NCBI GenBank assembly: GCA_951406725.2
Contig: OX597815.1
Span: 10,912,001-10,976,000 of the forward strand
DNA length: 64,000 bases
Direction: 5' to 3'
From: Octopus vulgaris
Taxonomy: Eukaryota
How positions within the stretch are numbered: the first letter of the stretch is position 1; every line of letters begins with the position of its first letter. The notes under the pieces are model-generated. The model was not told where the DNA came from. It did not search any database and saw only the letters and a list, made by a program, of their open reading frames with translations. The translations under genes and the position numbers were made by a program. Of the stretch, positions 1-14,061 are shown piece by piece.

Positions 1-30
1 TACATATGTATGCATATATATATATATACA

Positions 31-79
<49 letters not shown>

Positions 80-111
80 TTATATACATATATACATACA
101 TACATTCATAC

Positions 112-150
<39 letters not shown>

Positions 151-169
151 CATATACATATATATGTGC

Positions 170-203
<34 letters not shown>

Positions 204-270
204 TCACATACACACGTATATGTATATTCATTTGTGTGTATGTATGTATCGATATATGTATGTATGGTTC
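1..270. repeat. (TA)n/(CATA)n microsatellite
   Basis: Direct inspection. Confidence 0.95.
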
Positions 271-352
271 TATACAATACAACTCTGTGGTCTGATTACA
301 CACTCCGCTAAATATCAACTTGAGTGCGTGCATGTATTATTTCATCCGTTTC

Positions 353-735
353 TTTTGTTTCAGTCGTTTGACTGTGGCCATACTGGAGCACCGTCTTGAA
401 AGACTTTTTGTCGAAGAAATTGATTCCAGGACTTTATAAGCCTAGTACTTATTCTATCTGTCTCTTTTGCCGAGCCATTAAGTTGAGGGGACGAAAACAC
501 ACCGACATCGGTTGTCAAGCGATGGTGGGAGGATAAACAGACACAAAGACACACACATGAATATACAAATATATATATATATATTCGACAGGCTTCTTTC
601 AGTTTCCGTCTACCAAATCCACTCACAAGGCATTGGTCGTCTCAAGGCTTATTGCAGAAGGCACTTGCTGAAAGTGCCACGCAGTGGGACTGAACTCGGA
701 ACTATGCAATTGGTAAGCTAGCTTCTTACCTCACA
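353..735 (-). mobile_element. SINE family A, diverged
   Basis: Reverse complement of 1745-2170. Confidence 0.85.
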
Positions 736-884
736 TACATATATTTTCCACTAGTAAATCTAATCGCCTTTTAAGCATACGCTTTATATATATACGTCAG
801 TAATAGCTTACTCAATGGTAATGCCTTCCCTGTTTATTGCAAAAATATAATTTCTTTCACAAATAAATTGCAATTCATATTCGA

Positions 885-965
885 AGCTCCGATGAAGCTG
901 TAAGATGTTATTCAGGCATTCAGTTATGAGTCTGCTTCATCCTACAGCATAAACAGTTGTAAGCC
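885..965 (+). ncRNA. Degenerate hammerhead motif
   Basis: GCT CCGATGA A GCTGTAAGATG...CATCCTACAGC A TAAA CAGTTG TA AGC. Stems I and II and a near-palindromic stem III are present, but core positions 4 and 12 are mutated. Confidence 0.5.
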
Positions 966-1031
966 AGTGAAATTCATAACATAACCATCGTTTTCCTTGT
1001 GTCAGCTCGTTGTCTTACACACACGAACGCG

Positions 1032-1062
<31 letters not shown>

Positions 1063-1107
1063 AATTATAGGCTAAGCTGTCAAACTGAGTGCAGAATTAT
1101 CATAATA

Positions 1108-1500
1108 CTAGCAGTATCGTCCGGTGCTTCTCGAGTTTGTTTCGACCCTTTAGAATTGGAATTTTTGAAAAGTAAAAATTTTCCCTTATGTAGCTTGTTA
1201 TTCTCTTTAAGAGAACATTTTTCTGGTTGAAATACACCGATAAATGTCAACACAGCAGTCAAAAAATCGTAAAAAATAGGGATTTTCATAGTAAAAAAGC
1301 ACCTTTTTGATGTAAATAATTTTTGGTGTTAACATGGCCCGATTTGAATTTTTTCTTCTACGGAAGGAAGAGCAAGCCTTCTTCTATCATACTCTCAATT
1401 TTGGCCAACTTGCGCCGCAGGGTCTTCGGAGGAGATAGTGTTAGTTGAAGGCTACCAAACCTGCCACACAGACAATTTCAGCTTTATATATAGAGAGAGA
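1108..1500 (-). mobile_element. Non-autonomous Helitron, same termini as 3158-3555 but different interior
   Basis: Minus strand starts A|TCTCTCTCTATATATAAAG and ends ACAAACTCGAGAAGCACCGGACGATACTGCTAG|T. Confidence 0.75.
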
Positions 1501-1744
1501 TTACATTAATAACTTCTGCAATTAAGATTTACAGCAGAATGATGCTCAGTTGCATCCAACCAGAGCTCGAGAAAATTATTCGCAGTAACTGGGTTCGATT
1601 CACAGAAAGAATGATTGAGGTGTCTGTGCCAAAGCGTTCCAGTCATTCTGTTAATCTTGAATTTCTGCATAAGTATATTTCTCAATTTACGCAGCAAATT
1701 CTACTCCTTATGAAACTACTAAAAAAAAAAAAATAAATAAATAA

Positions 1745-1909
1745 GGCGCAGGAGTGGCTGTGTGGTAAGTAGCTTGCTAACCAACCACATGGTTCCGGGT
1801 TCAGTCCCACTGCGTGGCATCTTGGGCAAGTGTCTTCTGCTATAGCCCCGGGCCGACCAATGCCTTGTGAGTGGATTTGGTAGACGGAAACTGAAAGAAG
1901 CCTGTCGTA

Positions 1910-1948
<39 letters not shown>

Positions 1949-2170
1949 ATGTGTGTTTGTGTGTCTGTGTTTGTCCCCCTAGCATTGCTTGGTAACCGAT
2001 GCTGGTGTGTTTACGGCCCCGTCATTTAGCGGTTCGGCAAAAGAGACCGATAGAATAAGAAATGGGCTTACAAAAGAATAAGTCCCGGGGTCCGATTTGC
2101 TCGACTAAAAAAGGCGGTGCTCCAGCATGGCCGCAGTCAAATGACTGAAACAAGTAAAAGAGTAAAAGAG
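1745..2170 (+). mobile_element. tRNA-derived SINE family A (octopus OK/OR-like), full length
   Basis: GGCGCAGGAGTGGCTGTGTGG A-box, GGTTCAGTCCC B-box, internal (TA)n(TG)n, (AAGAGTA)-like tail; about 11 copies in the window. Confidence 0.9.
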
Positions 2171-3050
2171 TATAGATGCAATAATGATGCGTTTGAAAAA
2201 CACTTGCATTCAAGGCAGGTTCAGTTGGAGAGGGACATAGAATTTTGCGACATTCTTGCGAGTGTTCTACAAGGAAAAGATCTTTCTATGTTTCTTATTC
2301 ATAAACTGTCCGCTATGTGTTGCGTACTTCTGTGGATTACCACAAGGAACATACGCTAAAGCCATTTTCCAGTCACCCAGTCTCTAACAATAACAGATGC
2401 AGACTATTCTGATTATTTAGCCCTAATTTTCAATGCGATTGCAAGAGCCACTTTATTCTACTTGACAATTTTTACAGAATGCTGCGGAAAGAATCCAGTT
2501 GACACAAGATAAAGGGAATTCACAAGATACACCTTGGAAAGTACCATCATCTCGTTATCTGGAAGCTTGATAAGACAAGTAAATTGTTTCTCTTACCTCA
2601 TGGAAGCACTCCGTCGGTTACGACGATGAGGGTTCCGGTTGATCCCAATCAACGGAACAGCCTGCTCGTGAAATTAACGTGTAAGTGGCTGAGCACTCCA
2701 CAGACACGTGTACCCTTAACGTAGTTCTCGGGGATATTCAGCGTGACACAGAGAGTGACAAGGCCGGCCCCTTGAAATACAGGTACAACAGAAACAGGAA
2801 GTAAGAGTGAGAGAAAGTTGTGGTGAAAGAGTACAGCAGGGATCACCACCATCCCCTGCCGGAGCCTCGTGGAGCTTTTAGGTGTTTTCGCTCAATAAAC
2901 ACTCACAACGCCCGGTCTGGGAATCGAAACCGCGATCCTATGACCGCGAGTCCGCTGCCCTAACCACTGGGCCATTGCGCCTCCATTACCTCATGAGGAA
3001 TCTAGTATTTACACAGACAGATGTTAAATTCAGTATCGTAGCTAATAGGG
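2170..3050 (+). mobile_element. Degenerate RTE-clade LINE RT fragment interrupted by a SINE
   Basis: FCDILASVLQGKDLSMFL (GVLQGDxLS), ITDADYSDYLAL (YADD), and FSYL|MRNLVFTQTDV across the SINE insertion. Confidence 0.6.
2601..2985 (-). mobile_element. SINE family B
   Basis: Reverse complement of 44636-45020; TSD TTACCTCA(TG). Confidence 0.9.
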
Positions 3051-3157
3051 GCGCAAGGAGAGCGATCGCTCTTCCGAGCACCTTTTTTCCAAACTGGCGC
3101 CTTTTCAACAATTATTTAAAATTCGTTAGTTACCTATATCAGAAGTTGTAAGCTTCA

Positions 3158-3555
3158 TCTTTATATATAAAAGTGAAGTTGTGTGTCTGTCTCCTACGAT
3201 CTAGATTCCTAACTACTCCCACATTTTGCGGTGCAGTTTAACCAAAACCGGGTATCTTATAGTCGTGATTCATATCGAGCCCTTCTGGGTATTAGCGCGC
3301 GTCTACGATTAGTTTACAATTTAAAAAAAAATTTACCATCAATTTTTCCCATTTTAATGCATTTTTCTCGCTATTATATAAGGGAAGTAACTCTCTAAAA
3401 ATGTCTACGATGAGTCAACGATTTAAAAAAAATTTACCATAATTTTTTTTCCATTTTTAATGCATTTTTTTGCTTATTTTTGACTATAACTGTCTAAAAA
3501 TGCTTATATAGTTATTTCCCTTACAAACCCGAGCAACGCCGGGCGATACTGCTAG
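3158..3555 (+). mobile_element. Non-autonomous Helitron
   Basis: A|TCTTTATATATAAAAG 5' end; 3' hairpin CCCGAGCAACGCCGGG then CTAG|T; internal ~100 bp duplication. Confidence 0.8.
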
Positions 3556-3715
3556 TTTATAATAAAATTGTTATTGAAGTATGAAATTAATGACTGTAGG
3601 ATAGAGTTACGTATATTATAACTTATGAAATATTTCGCGTAATATGAAAAATGAATTGAAAATTGACGTATGTCACAGCACCTTATTTTATGCGCTCGCT
3701 CCCCTAAACTTTTGA

Positions 3716-4686
3716 ACCTATTTCTTTACTACCCACAAGGGGCTAAACACAGAGGGGACAAAAAAGGACAGACAACGGGATTAAGTCGATTACATCAACC
3801 CCCAGTGCGTAAATGGTACTTAATTTATCGACCCCGAAAGGATGAAAGGCATAGTCGACCTCGGCGGAATTTGAACTCTGAATGTAACGGCAGACGAAAT
3901 GCCAATTTCTTTACTACCCACAAAGGGCTAAACACAGAGGGGACAAACAAGGACAGACAAAGGGATTAAGTCGATTACATCGACCCCAGTGCGTAACTGG
4001 TACTTAATTTATCGACCCCGAAAGGATGATAGGCAAGGTCGACCTCGGCGGAATTTGAACTCTGAATGTAACGGCAGACGAAATGCCAATTTCTTTACTA
4101 CCCACAAGGGGCTGAACACAGAGAGGACAAACAAGGACAGACAAACGGATTAAGTCGATTACATCGACCCCAGTGCGTTACTGGTACTTAATTTATCGAC
4201 CCAGAAAGGATGAACGGTATAGTCGACCTCGGCGGAATTTGAACTCTGAATGTAACGGCAGACGAAATGCCAATTTCTTTACTACCCACAAGGGGCTGAA
4301 CACAGAGAGGACAAACAAGGACAGACAAAGGGATTAAGTCGATTACATCGACCCCAGTGCGTTACTGGTACTTAATTTATCGACCCAGAAAGGATGAACG
4401 GTATAGAAAGGTAAAGTCGACCTCGGCGGAAATTGAACTCTGAATGTAACGGCAGACGAAATGCCAATTTCTTTACTACCCACAAGGGGCTAAACACAGA
4501 GAGGACAAACAAAGACAGACAAAGGGATTAAGTCGACCCCAGTGCGTAACTAGAACTTAATTTATCGACCCCGAAAGAATGAAAGGTATAGTCGACCTCG
4601 GCGGAATTTGAACTCAGAACATAGCGGCAGACGAAATACGGCTACGCATTTCGCCCGGAGTGCTAACGTTTCTGCCAGCTCACCAA
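3716..4686 (-). mobile_element. Tandem array of 5 family C SINE units
   Basis: Unit marker TTTCTTTACTACCCACAA at 3721, 3906, 4090, 4274 and 4468; only the outermost unit has the head. Confidence 0.9.
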
Positions 4687-5124
4687 CCTCGCATCGCCTC
4701 TGGATAAACCACGCGTCAGCAATGCTTGGATATAAACCTCCAGGGAATCTGAAAGGAACTTATATCCTGCAGTGGTTCAAACTGTGTTTCTATAAATATT
4801 TTTTTTCTTTACATGGCTTTTAACCAGAAAGGTTTGATACAATCTGTCTGGGAACAGCAAGCTCATACTGTGCGACATTCTGAAACAAAAACCTCACCAA
4901 AGAAGATTTGTGTAACAAGCTTCCAAAAATATCAGTAAACGTTAGAGAAAGAAGAGTTGGTTTTGTTAGACAAGACTCTACTTGAGAAATAAGAGCTGTT
5001 TAGAGGTATTCTACTTTGGACCATCATATCGACCACTCTGCAAAGATATACGTCAAGCAATTAATAGAAGACAAGGGATGTCAGTTACCGAAAGGAAATA
5101 TGATATATAGATTTATCATTGTTT

Positions 5125-6295
<1,171 letters not shown>

Positions 6296-6548
6296 TAGAT
6301 AAGTAAGTATAGATGTCGCTGATATACGTAACAGTATATTTTATATTTGTAATACAGCTTGCCCTGAAGGACATTCCATACTTCACCTGTTGACTGATTG
6401 GAGCGCTCCCTCAAGTGGTGTCGAGTAGTTATGATCTTCTCAGGTAATGTTTGGGTTTTTGTCCACACTGTAGCAGTACGGGTTACAAGACAAAAGTATT
6501 AACAATATATAATATAATGTTATGTCTGATGGCTATGCTTGTGTGTGT

Positions 6549-6714
6549 AGGCCTAGGAGTGGCTGTGTGGTAAGTAACTTGCTTACCAACCACATGGTTC
6601 CGGGTTCAGTCCCACTGCGTGGCACCTTGGGCAACCTTACTATAGCCTCGGGCCGAACAAAGCTTTGTGAGTGGATTTGGTAGACGGAAACTGAAAAAAG
6701 AAGGCCGTCGCATG

Positions 6715-6769
<55 letters not shown>

Positions 6770-7262
6770 CGTGATCACGTGACCGACCAGACCATCATAT
6801 GTTGCTACACATCGCTGGTCACAATGCGTTCGCATTGTTTTAGCCTTCGAATGACGCCACCCCACTGGCTAAGCCGGAGCCTCGTGGAGCTTTTAGGTGA
6901 TTTCGCTCAATTAACACACACAACTGCGATCCTCTGACCGCGAGTCTGCTGCCCTAACCACTGGGCCATTGCGCCTCCACACACACACACACATATATAC
7001 ACATATATATATATATGCGTGTGTGTGTGTGTGTGTGTGTGCATATATGTTTGTGTGTTTATGTTTGTGTCCCCAACATCGCTTGACAACCGATGATGGT
7101 GTGTTTACGTCCCGTAACTTAGCGGTTCGGCAAAAGAAACCGATAGAATAAGTACTAGGCTTACAAAGATTAAGTCCTGGGGTCGATTTGTTCGACTAAA
7201 GGCGGTGCTCCAGCATGGCCACAGTCAAATGGCTAAAAGAAGTAAAAGAGAAAAAGAGAGAA
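6549..7262 (+). mobile_element. SINE family A interrupted by a nested family B-head SINE (6770-6980, minus)
   Basis: Head 6549-6712 and 3' half 7050-7262, with the insertion in the internal microsatellite. Confidence 0.85.
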
Positions 7263-7390
7263 ACATATATATTAGTTCAGCTCTCATACTGCGTACGTGT
7301 GTGTATACGTGTGTGTGTGCGTGTGTGCGTGTGTGCGTGTTTGTGTTTGTGTGTGTGTGTGTGTGCGTGCGCACGTGCGTACACTAATAT

Positions 7391-7806
7391 CTATTTCTTT
7401 GCTACCCACAAGGGGCTAAACACGGTAGAGACAAACAAAGACAGACAAACGGATTAAGTCGATTATATCGACCCCAGTGCGTAGCTGGTACTTATTTAAT
7501 CGAAGCCGAAAGGATGAAAGATAAAGTCGACCTCGGCAGAATTTGAACTCAGAACGTAACGGCAGACGAAATACCTATTTCTTTACTACCCACAAGGGGC
7601 TAAACACAGATAGGACAAACAAGGACAGACAAAGGGATTAAGTCAATTATATCGACTCCAGTGCGTAACTGGTACGTATTTAATCGACCCCGAAAGAATG
7701 AAAGGCAAAGTCGACCTCGGTGGAATTTGAACTCGGAACGTAGCGACAGACGAAATACCGCTAAGCATTTCGTCCGGCGCGCTAACGTTTCTGCCAGCTC
7801 ACCGCC
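7391..7806 (-). mobile_element. Family C SINE dimer
   Basis: One headed unit plus one head-less unit. Confidence 0.88.
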
Positions 7807-8014
7807 TATGCGGTGTATGCACCCTATTAGTACAGCTATCATAGTGCGTATGTGTGTGCATACGTGTGTGTGTGCGTGCGTGTGTACGTGAGTGTGTGTG
7901 TATTTTAATACTTATATGCACGTATATATGCTTCGGTGGATGTGCTTCTGTGTCTGTGTTCGTATTCTTTCTGTGATTCCTTTGTAACCATTTTTACTCC
8001 ATTTAGAAGTTTAC

Positions 8015-11000
8015 GGTCAAAATTAGAAAATTTTCTAAAAATTTTTGGTGAAAATTTTCGAAACATTTCTGGGTAAAATTTTTGGTCGAAAATTTCGAAA
8101 AACTTTTGGGTAAAATTTTCGAAAATTTTTAGATAAAATTTTCGATGGAAATTTTCGAAAAATTTTGGGGGAAAATTTTCGGTGAAAATTTTCGAAAAAT
8201 TTTTGGGGAAAATTTTCATTGAAAATTTTCGAAAAACTTTTGGGTAAAATTTTCGGTGAAAAAATTTTGGGAGAAAATTTTCGAAATATTTTTGGGGAAA
8301 ATTTTCGGAAAATTTTTGGGTTAAATTTTTGGTGAAAATTTTCGAAAAATTTTGGGAGAAAATTTTCGATGGAAATTTTCAAAAATTTTTGGGAAAATTT
8401 TCAGAAAATTTTTGGGGAAAATATTCGGTGAAAATTTTCGAAAAATTTTTGGAGAAAATTTTCGAAAAATTTTTGGTGAAAATTTTTGGTGAAAATTTTT
8501 GAAATATTTCTGGGTAAAATTTTCGGTCGAAATTTTCGAAAAACTTTTGGGTAAAATTTTCGAAAAATTTTTGAAAATTTTCGTTGGTAACTTTCGAAAA
8601 ATTTTTTGTGAAAATTTTCGAAACATTTCTGGGTGAAAATCTTCTATGAAAATTTTCGAAAAATTTCTGGGAAAAATTTTCGGTGAAAATTTTCGAAAAA
8701 TTTTGTGGAAAATTTTCGAAAAATTTTGTGGGAAAATTTTCGAAAAATTTTTGGTAAAAATTTTCAGTGAATATTTTCGGTAAATTTTCGGTTAAAATTT
8801 TTTGGTAAAATTTTCGAAACATTTTTGGGGAAAATTTTCAGTGCAAATTTTCGAAAAATTTTTGGGTAAAATTTTCCGTGAAAATTTTCAGAAAATTTTT
8901 GGGGAAAATTTTCGGGGAAAATTTTCGAAAAATTTTTGGAGAAAATTTTTCTAAAAATTTTTTGTGAAAATTTTCGAAACATTTCTGGGTAAAATTTTCG
9001 GTCGAAAATTTCGAAAAACTTTTGGGTAAAATTTTCGGTGAAAAAATTTTGGGAGAAAATTTTCATTGAAAATTTTCGAAATATTTTTGGGGAAAATTTT
9101 CGAAAAATTTTTGGGTAAAATTTTCGGGGAAAATTTTCGAAAAATATTTGTGGAAAATTTTCATTGAAAATTTTCGAAAAAGTTGTGAGTAAAATTTTCG
9201 GTGAAAATTTTCAGAAAATTTTGGGTAAAATTTTCGGTGAAAATTTTCGAAAAATATTTGGAGAAAATTTTCGAAACATTTCTGGGTAAAACATTTTTGG
9301 ATAAAATATTCGATGGAAATTTTCGAAAAATTTTTGGGTAAAATTTTCGGGAACTTTTTGGGCAAAAGTTTCAGTGAAAATTTTCGAAAAATTTTGGGGA
9401 AAATTTTCAGTGGGGAAAATTTTCAGTGAAAATTTTCGAAAAATTTTTGGGTAAAATTTTCGGGAAATTTTTGGGCAAAAGTTTCAGTGAAAATTTTCGA
9501 AAAATTTTGGGGAAAATTTTCAGTGAAAATTTTCGAAAAATTTTTGGGTAAAATTTTCGGTGAAAATTTTCGAAAAATTTTTGGGTAAAATTTTCAGTGA
9601 AAATTTTCAGAAAATTTTGGGTAAAATTTTCGATGGAAATTTTCGAAAAATTTTTGGGTAAAATTTTCGGTGAAAATTTTCGAAAAATTTTTGGGGAAAA
9701 TTTTCATTGAAAATTTTCGAAAAACTGTTGGGTAAAATTTTCGGTGAAAAAATTTTCGAAATATTTTTGTGGAAAATTTTCGAAAAATTTTTGGGTTAAA
9801 TTTTTGGTGAAAATTTTCGAAAAATTTTGGGTGAAAATTTTCGATGGAAATTTTCAAAAAATTTTTGGGAAAATTTTCAGAAAATTTTTGGGGAAAATAT
9901 TCGGTGAAAATTTTCGAAAAATTTTTGGAGAAAATTTTCGAAAAATTTTTGGTGAAAATTTTCGAAATATTTCTGGGTAAAATTTTCGGTCGAAATTTTT
10001 GAAAAACTTTTGGGTAAAATTTTCGAAAAATTTTTGGATAAAATTTTCGTTGGTAACTTTCGAAAAATTTTCGGTGAAAATTTTCGAAATATTTTGGGGG
10101 AAAATTTTTAGTGAAAATTTTCGAAAAATTTTTGGATAAAATTTTCGAAAAATTTTTGGTTAAAATTTTCAGTGAAAATTTTCGAAAAATTTATGTGTAA
10201 AATTTTCGGTGAAAATTTTCAGAAAATTTTAGGGGGAAAACTTTCGGTAAATTTTCGGTTAGAATTTTTGGGTAAAATTTTCGGTCGAAAATTTCGAAAA
10301 CTTTTGGGTAAAATTTTCGGTGAAAAAATTTCCCGTGAAAATTTTCAGAAAATTTTCCTTGAAAATTTTCAGAAAATTTTCTTGAAATATTTTCAGTGAA
10401 AATTTTCGAAAAATTTTTAGGTAAAATTTTCGGGGAAAATTTTCGAAAAATTTTTGGGGAAAATTTTCATTGAAAATTTTCGAAAAACTTTTGGGTAAAA
10501 TTTTCGGTGAAAAAATTTTGGGAGAAAATTTTCATTGAAAATTTTCGAAATATTTTTGGGGAAAATCTTCGAAAAATTTTTGGGTTAAATTTTTGGTGAA
10601 AATTTTCGAAAAATTTTGGGAGAAAATTTTCGATGGAAATTTTCAAAAATTTTTGGGAAAATTTTCAGAAAATTTTTGGGGAAAATATTCGGTGAAAATT
10701 TTCGAAAAATTTTTGGAGAAAATTTTCGAAAAATTTTTGGTGAAAATTTTTGGTGAAAATTTTCGAAATATTTCTGGGTAAAATTTTCGGTCGAAATTTT
10801 CGAAATACTTTTGGGTAAAATTTTCGAAAAATTTTTGGATAAAATTTTCGTTGGTAACTTTCGAAAAATTTTTGGTGAAAATTTTCGAAACATTTCTGGG
10901 TAAAATCTTCTATGAAAATTTTCGAAAAATTTCTGGGAAAAATTTTCGGTGAAAATTTTCGAAAAATTTTGTGGAAAATTTTCGAAAAATTTTGTGGGAA

Positions 11001-11985
11001 AATTTTCAGTGAAAATTTTCAAAAAATTTTTGGGGAAAATTTTCGAAAAATTTTTGGTAAAAATTTTCAGTGAAAATTTTCGAAAAATTTTTGTGGAAAA
11101 CTTTCGAAAAATTTTTGGGTAAAATTTTCGGTGAAAATTTTCAGAAAATTTTAGGGGAAAATTTTCGGTAAATTTTCGGTTAAAACTTTTGGGTAAAATT
11201 TTCGAAACATTTTTGGGGAAAATTTTCAGAAAATTTTTGGGGAAAATTTTCGGTGAAAATTTTCGAAAAATTTTTGGAGAAAATTTTCTAAAAATTTTTT
11301 GTGAAAATTTTCGAAACATTTCTGGGTAAAATTTTCGGTCGAAAATTTCGAAAAACTTTTGGGTAAAATTTTCGGTGAAAAAATTTTGGGAGAAAATTTT
11401 CATTGAAAATTTTCAGTGAAAATTTTCGAAATACTTATGGGGAAAATTTTCGAAAAATTTTTGGGTAAAATTTTCGGGGAAAATTTTCGAAAAATATTTG
11501 GGGAAAATTTTCATTGAAAATTTTCGAAAAAGTTGTGGGTAAAATTTTCAGAAAATTTTGGGTAAAATTTTCGGTGAAAATTTTCGAAAAATATTTGGAG
11601 AAAATTTTCGAAACATTTCTGGGTAAAACATTTTTGGATAAAATATTCGATGGAAATTTTCGAAAAATTTTTGGGGAAAATTTTCGAAAAATTTTTGGGT
11701 AAAATTTTCGGGAAATTTTTGGGTAAAATTTTCAGTGAAAATTTTCGAAAAATTTTGGGGAAAATTTTCAGTGAAAATTTTCGAAAAATGTTTGGGTAAA
11801 ATTTTCGGTGAAAATTTTCAGAAAATTTTGTGTAAAATTTTCGATGGAAATTTTCGAAAAATTTTTGGGTAAAATTTTCGGTGAAAATTTTCGAAAAATT
11901 TTTGGGGAAAATTTTCGGGAAATTTTCGGGTAAAATTTTTGGTGAAAATCTTCGAAACATTTTTGGGGAAAATTTTCAGGCAAAA
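8015..11985. repeat. ~4 kb satellite of GAAAATTTTC-type units with higher-order duplication
   Basis: A4-5T4-5 tracts separated by CG, CGGTG, GGG and GGGT spacers; rare variants recur about 2.3 kb apart. Confidence 0.95.
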
Positions 11986-12249
11986 TTATATATCTTAGTA
12001 ATTCGTGTATAACTCCAAACTACCAGAAGAAGGACCTAGTAGTGTTCTATTAGGTACAAGAGTGTTTTGATATTCTGTTAGTTATTATCTAGGTTAGAGG
12101 CGTTAAATGTGAAATGAAGAAGAGAATGAGAATCTTCAAAGAAAAGATAAAAAGATATGGAGATACCGTGGTTTTACTAATTTAATTAAGTAAGCTCATA
12201 TAATGTCTAAACTATATGTTATGTGAATCAAAAGTAAAACTTGAATGAC

Positions 12250-13260
12250 TTAAAAATTTGTGGACACACGTAGGGAAGGCTTCATGCTGCTTGTTTAATA
12301 ATTGTTCAAGGTTATGTGGCAAGATTTGTGAGGATTCCCTCAAACAAGCAACAGGGGTATGCTGGCCTTGATATGGAGGACCTGAATCAATATGTTGTGT
12401 GGTATATTCTTTTTCCTAAGTTAGTGTATCTTCTCTGCGAGAGAAGTATACTGTTTATCACATCTAAAAGAGTTTAAATCTGCAGAGTATCTTCGCTTAG
12501 AATTAACAATAGCACCTTTATAACTCTTGATAGAGTTTTGAAGTTTGTTAAGGACCGTACACTTGTAGACCACATTAAACCTCCTGCAGTGAGCTTGCAG
12601 TGGGCATTTATTCCCAACTTTGAAGTTGCAATGGGATCTATTTGGTTTATGAGTTTTTCCGCTATGTGAATTGGAGAATGCAAGATTAGAAGGTGCACCA
12701 TGGTTTAAAGCAGTTCCTGCTAATCCACTCTCAGCGTATTCGTTGTTTTCGATGTCATTTGTACTGTTATCGTAGGGATTGGTGAATGAAAGCATAGATA
12801 TTTCTGACTCTAGGGAAAGACTAAGAGCTGCATTATTCTCTTGGTTTGTAGCAGAAACACTACTATTGTAATTGGTACTAATATTGTTGTTGTTGTTGTT
12901 GTTGTTGCTGTTGTTATTTTAGTTGTTAATACTAATACTGTTAGTGTTATCACTAGTGTTATTATTACTGATACTATCGCTATAATTACGACAGTTATTA
13001 GCGTTAGTAATAGCACCACTGTCAATAGGATTCTCGTTTATGTTAGTATTGTGATTGTTATTATCGTTTCTATTATTAGGATTAGCAATAATATCATAAT
13101 TATGGCTATTGTTGTAATTATTATCATCATTATTGGCCATTGAGCTAAGGAGAAAGGGTTATTGCTATCATCATTTAAATTTTGTTTGTCATGATCAGCT
13201 TACTTGGATAACTTAGATGACAGAAGTGGTTCCCGGCGAATATATAATGAAAGAATATAA
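12250..13260 (-). mobile_element. Penelope-like C-terminal Cys-motif/GIY-YIG remnant preceded by an Asn-rich linker
   Basis: CNFKVGNKCPLQAHCRRFNVVYKCTV...SYKG...TSLAEKIH, then LLNKQHEAFPTCVH (matches the LNKRxExxxxCxH terminal motif). ORF 12919-13140 (Asn-rich) is in the same frame. Confidence 0.72.
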
Positions 13261-13450
13261 TAATCGGTTCGATCCGCGCTAAGTAGCCGAAGCCCTGGGG
13301 TTTAACTACTGGGGCTAATTTCCCAGCGAATTAGTTATATAATTTATTAAACATGTGGTATATGATTCTGTAAATATATATTTATTCATAACCCATGATG
13401 TTTTGGTATTGCAGTTGATTGCAGTTGTAAAAATATGTGAGCTATGTGCG

Positions 13451-13503
<53 letters not shown>

Positions 13504-14061
13504 GTGTGTGTGTGTGTGTGTGTGTGTTTGCGTGAGCTTATTGTTTAGCTTGAAGGAGAAAATATAAACATTGAGGGGGTTACACAGGAGTTACAAACAG
13601 TTTAGTTCTGAAATGGGGCGGGGATTACGGAAAGTATTTAGTACGAGACATTGTTATGACGGTAGGTGCAAAGTTAAGTCAAAAGTGGGGGGTTTATAGT
13701 GTTTATGTAGTTGTACCGTACGGTGCTGTCAAAGGATGCTGAATTGCCGATGTTCCCTACATGATATTCTTGAGGTCACGGCTATTTTGAGGGTGTGTGT
13801 ATGTTTATCGAGTGGGATGTGTTTAATAAGCGTGTGGGCGAGTCCTGTGTGCAGATCTTAAGGAAGGCGTGAAAGATGTCATCTTCATTGCAACGTGTTT
13901 GAAGCTGAAAGCGAGTAGGTACTCCAATGTACGTAAACAAAAGAATGTGAAAGAAATGAAGAGACTCGAGTTGAAAGTGACGCTTGGAAAGACCACTGTC
14001 AACACATGCTGACCGAAAGTTTGTAATTAGAGCTAAGTTAGCTTTCTATCAGGACAAAATT

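Noticed and set aside
7905-11983. KIFRKFS/ENF repeat proteins, or a CRISPR-like array
   Set aside because: Satellite translations open in many frames; no unique spacers and no cas genes; eukaryotic context.
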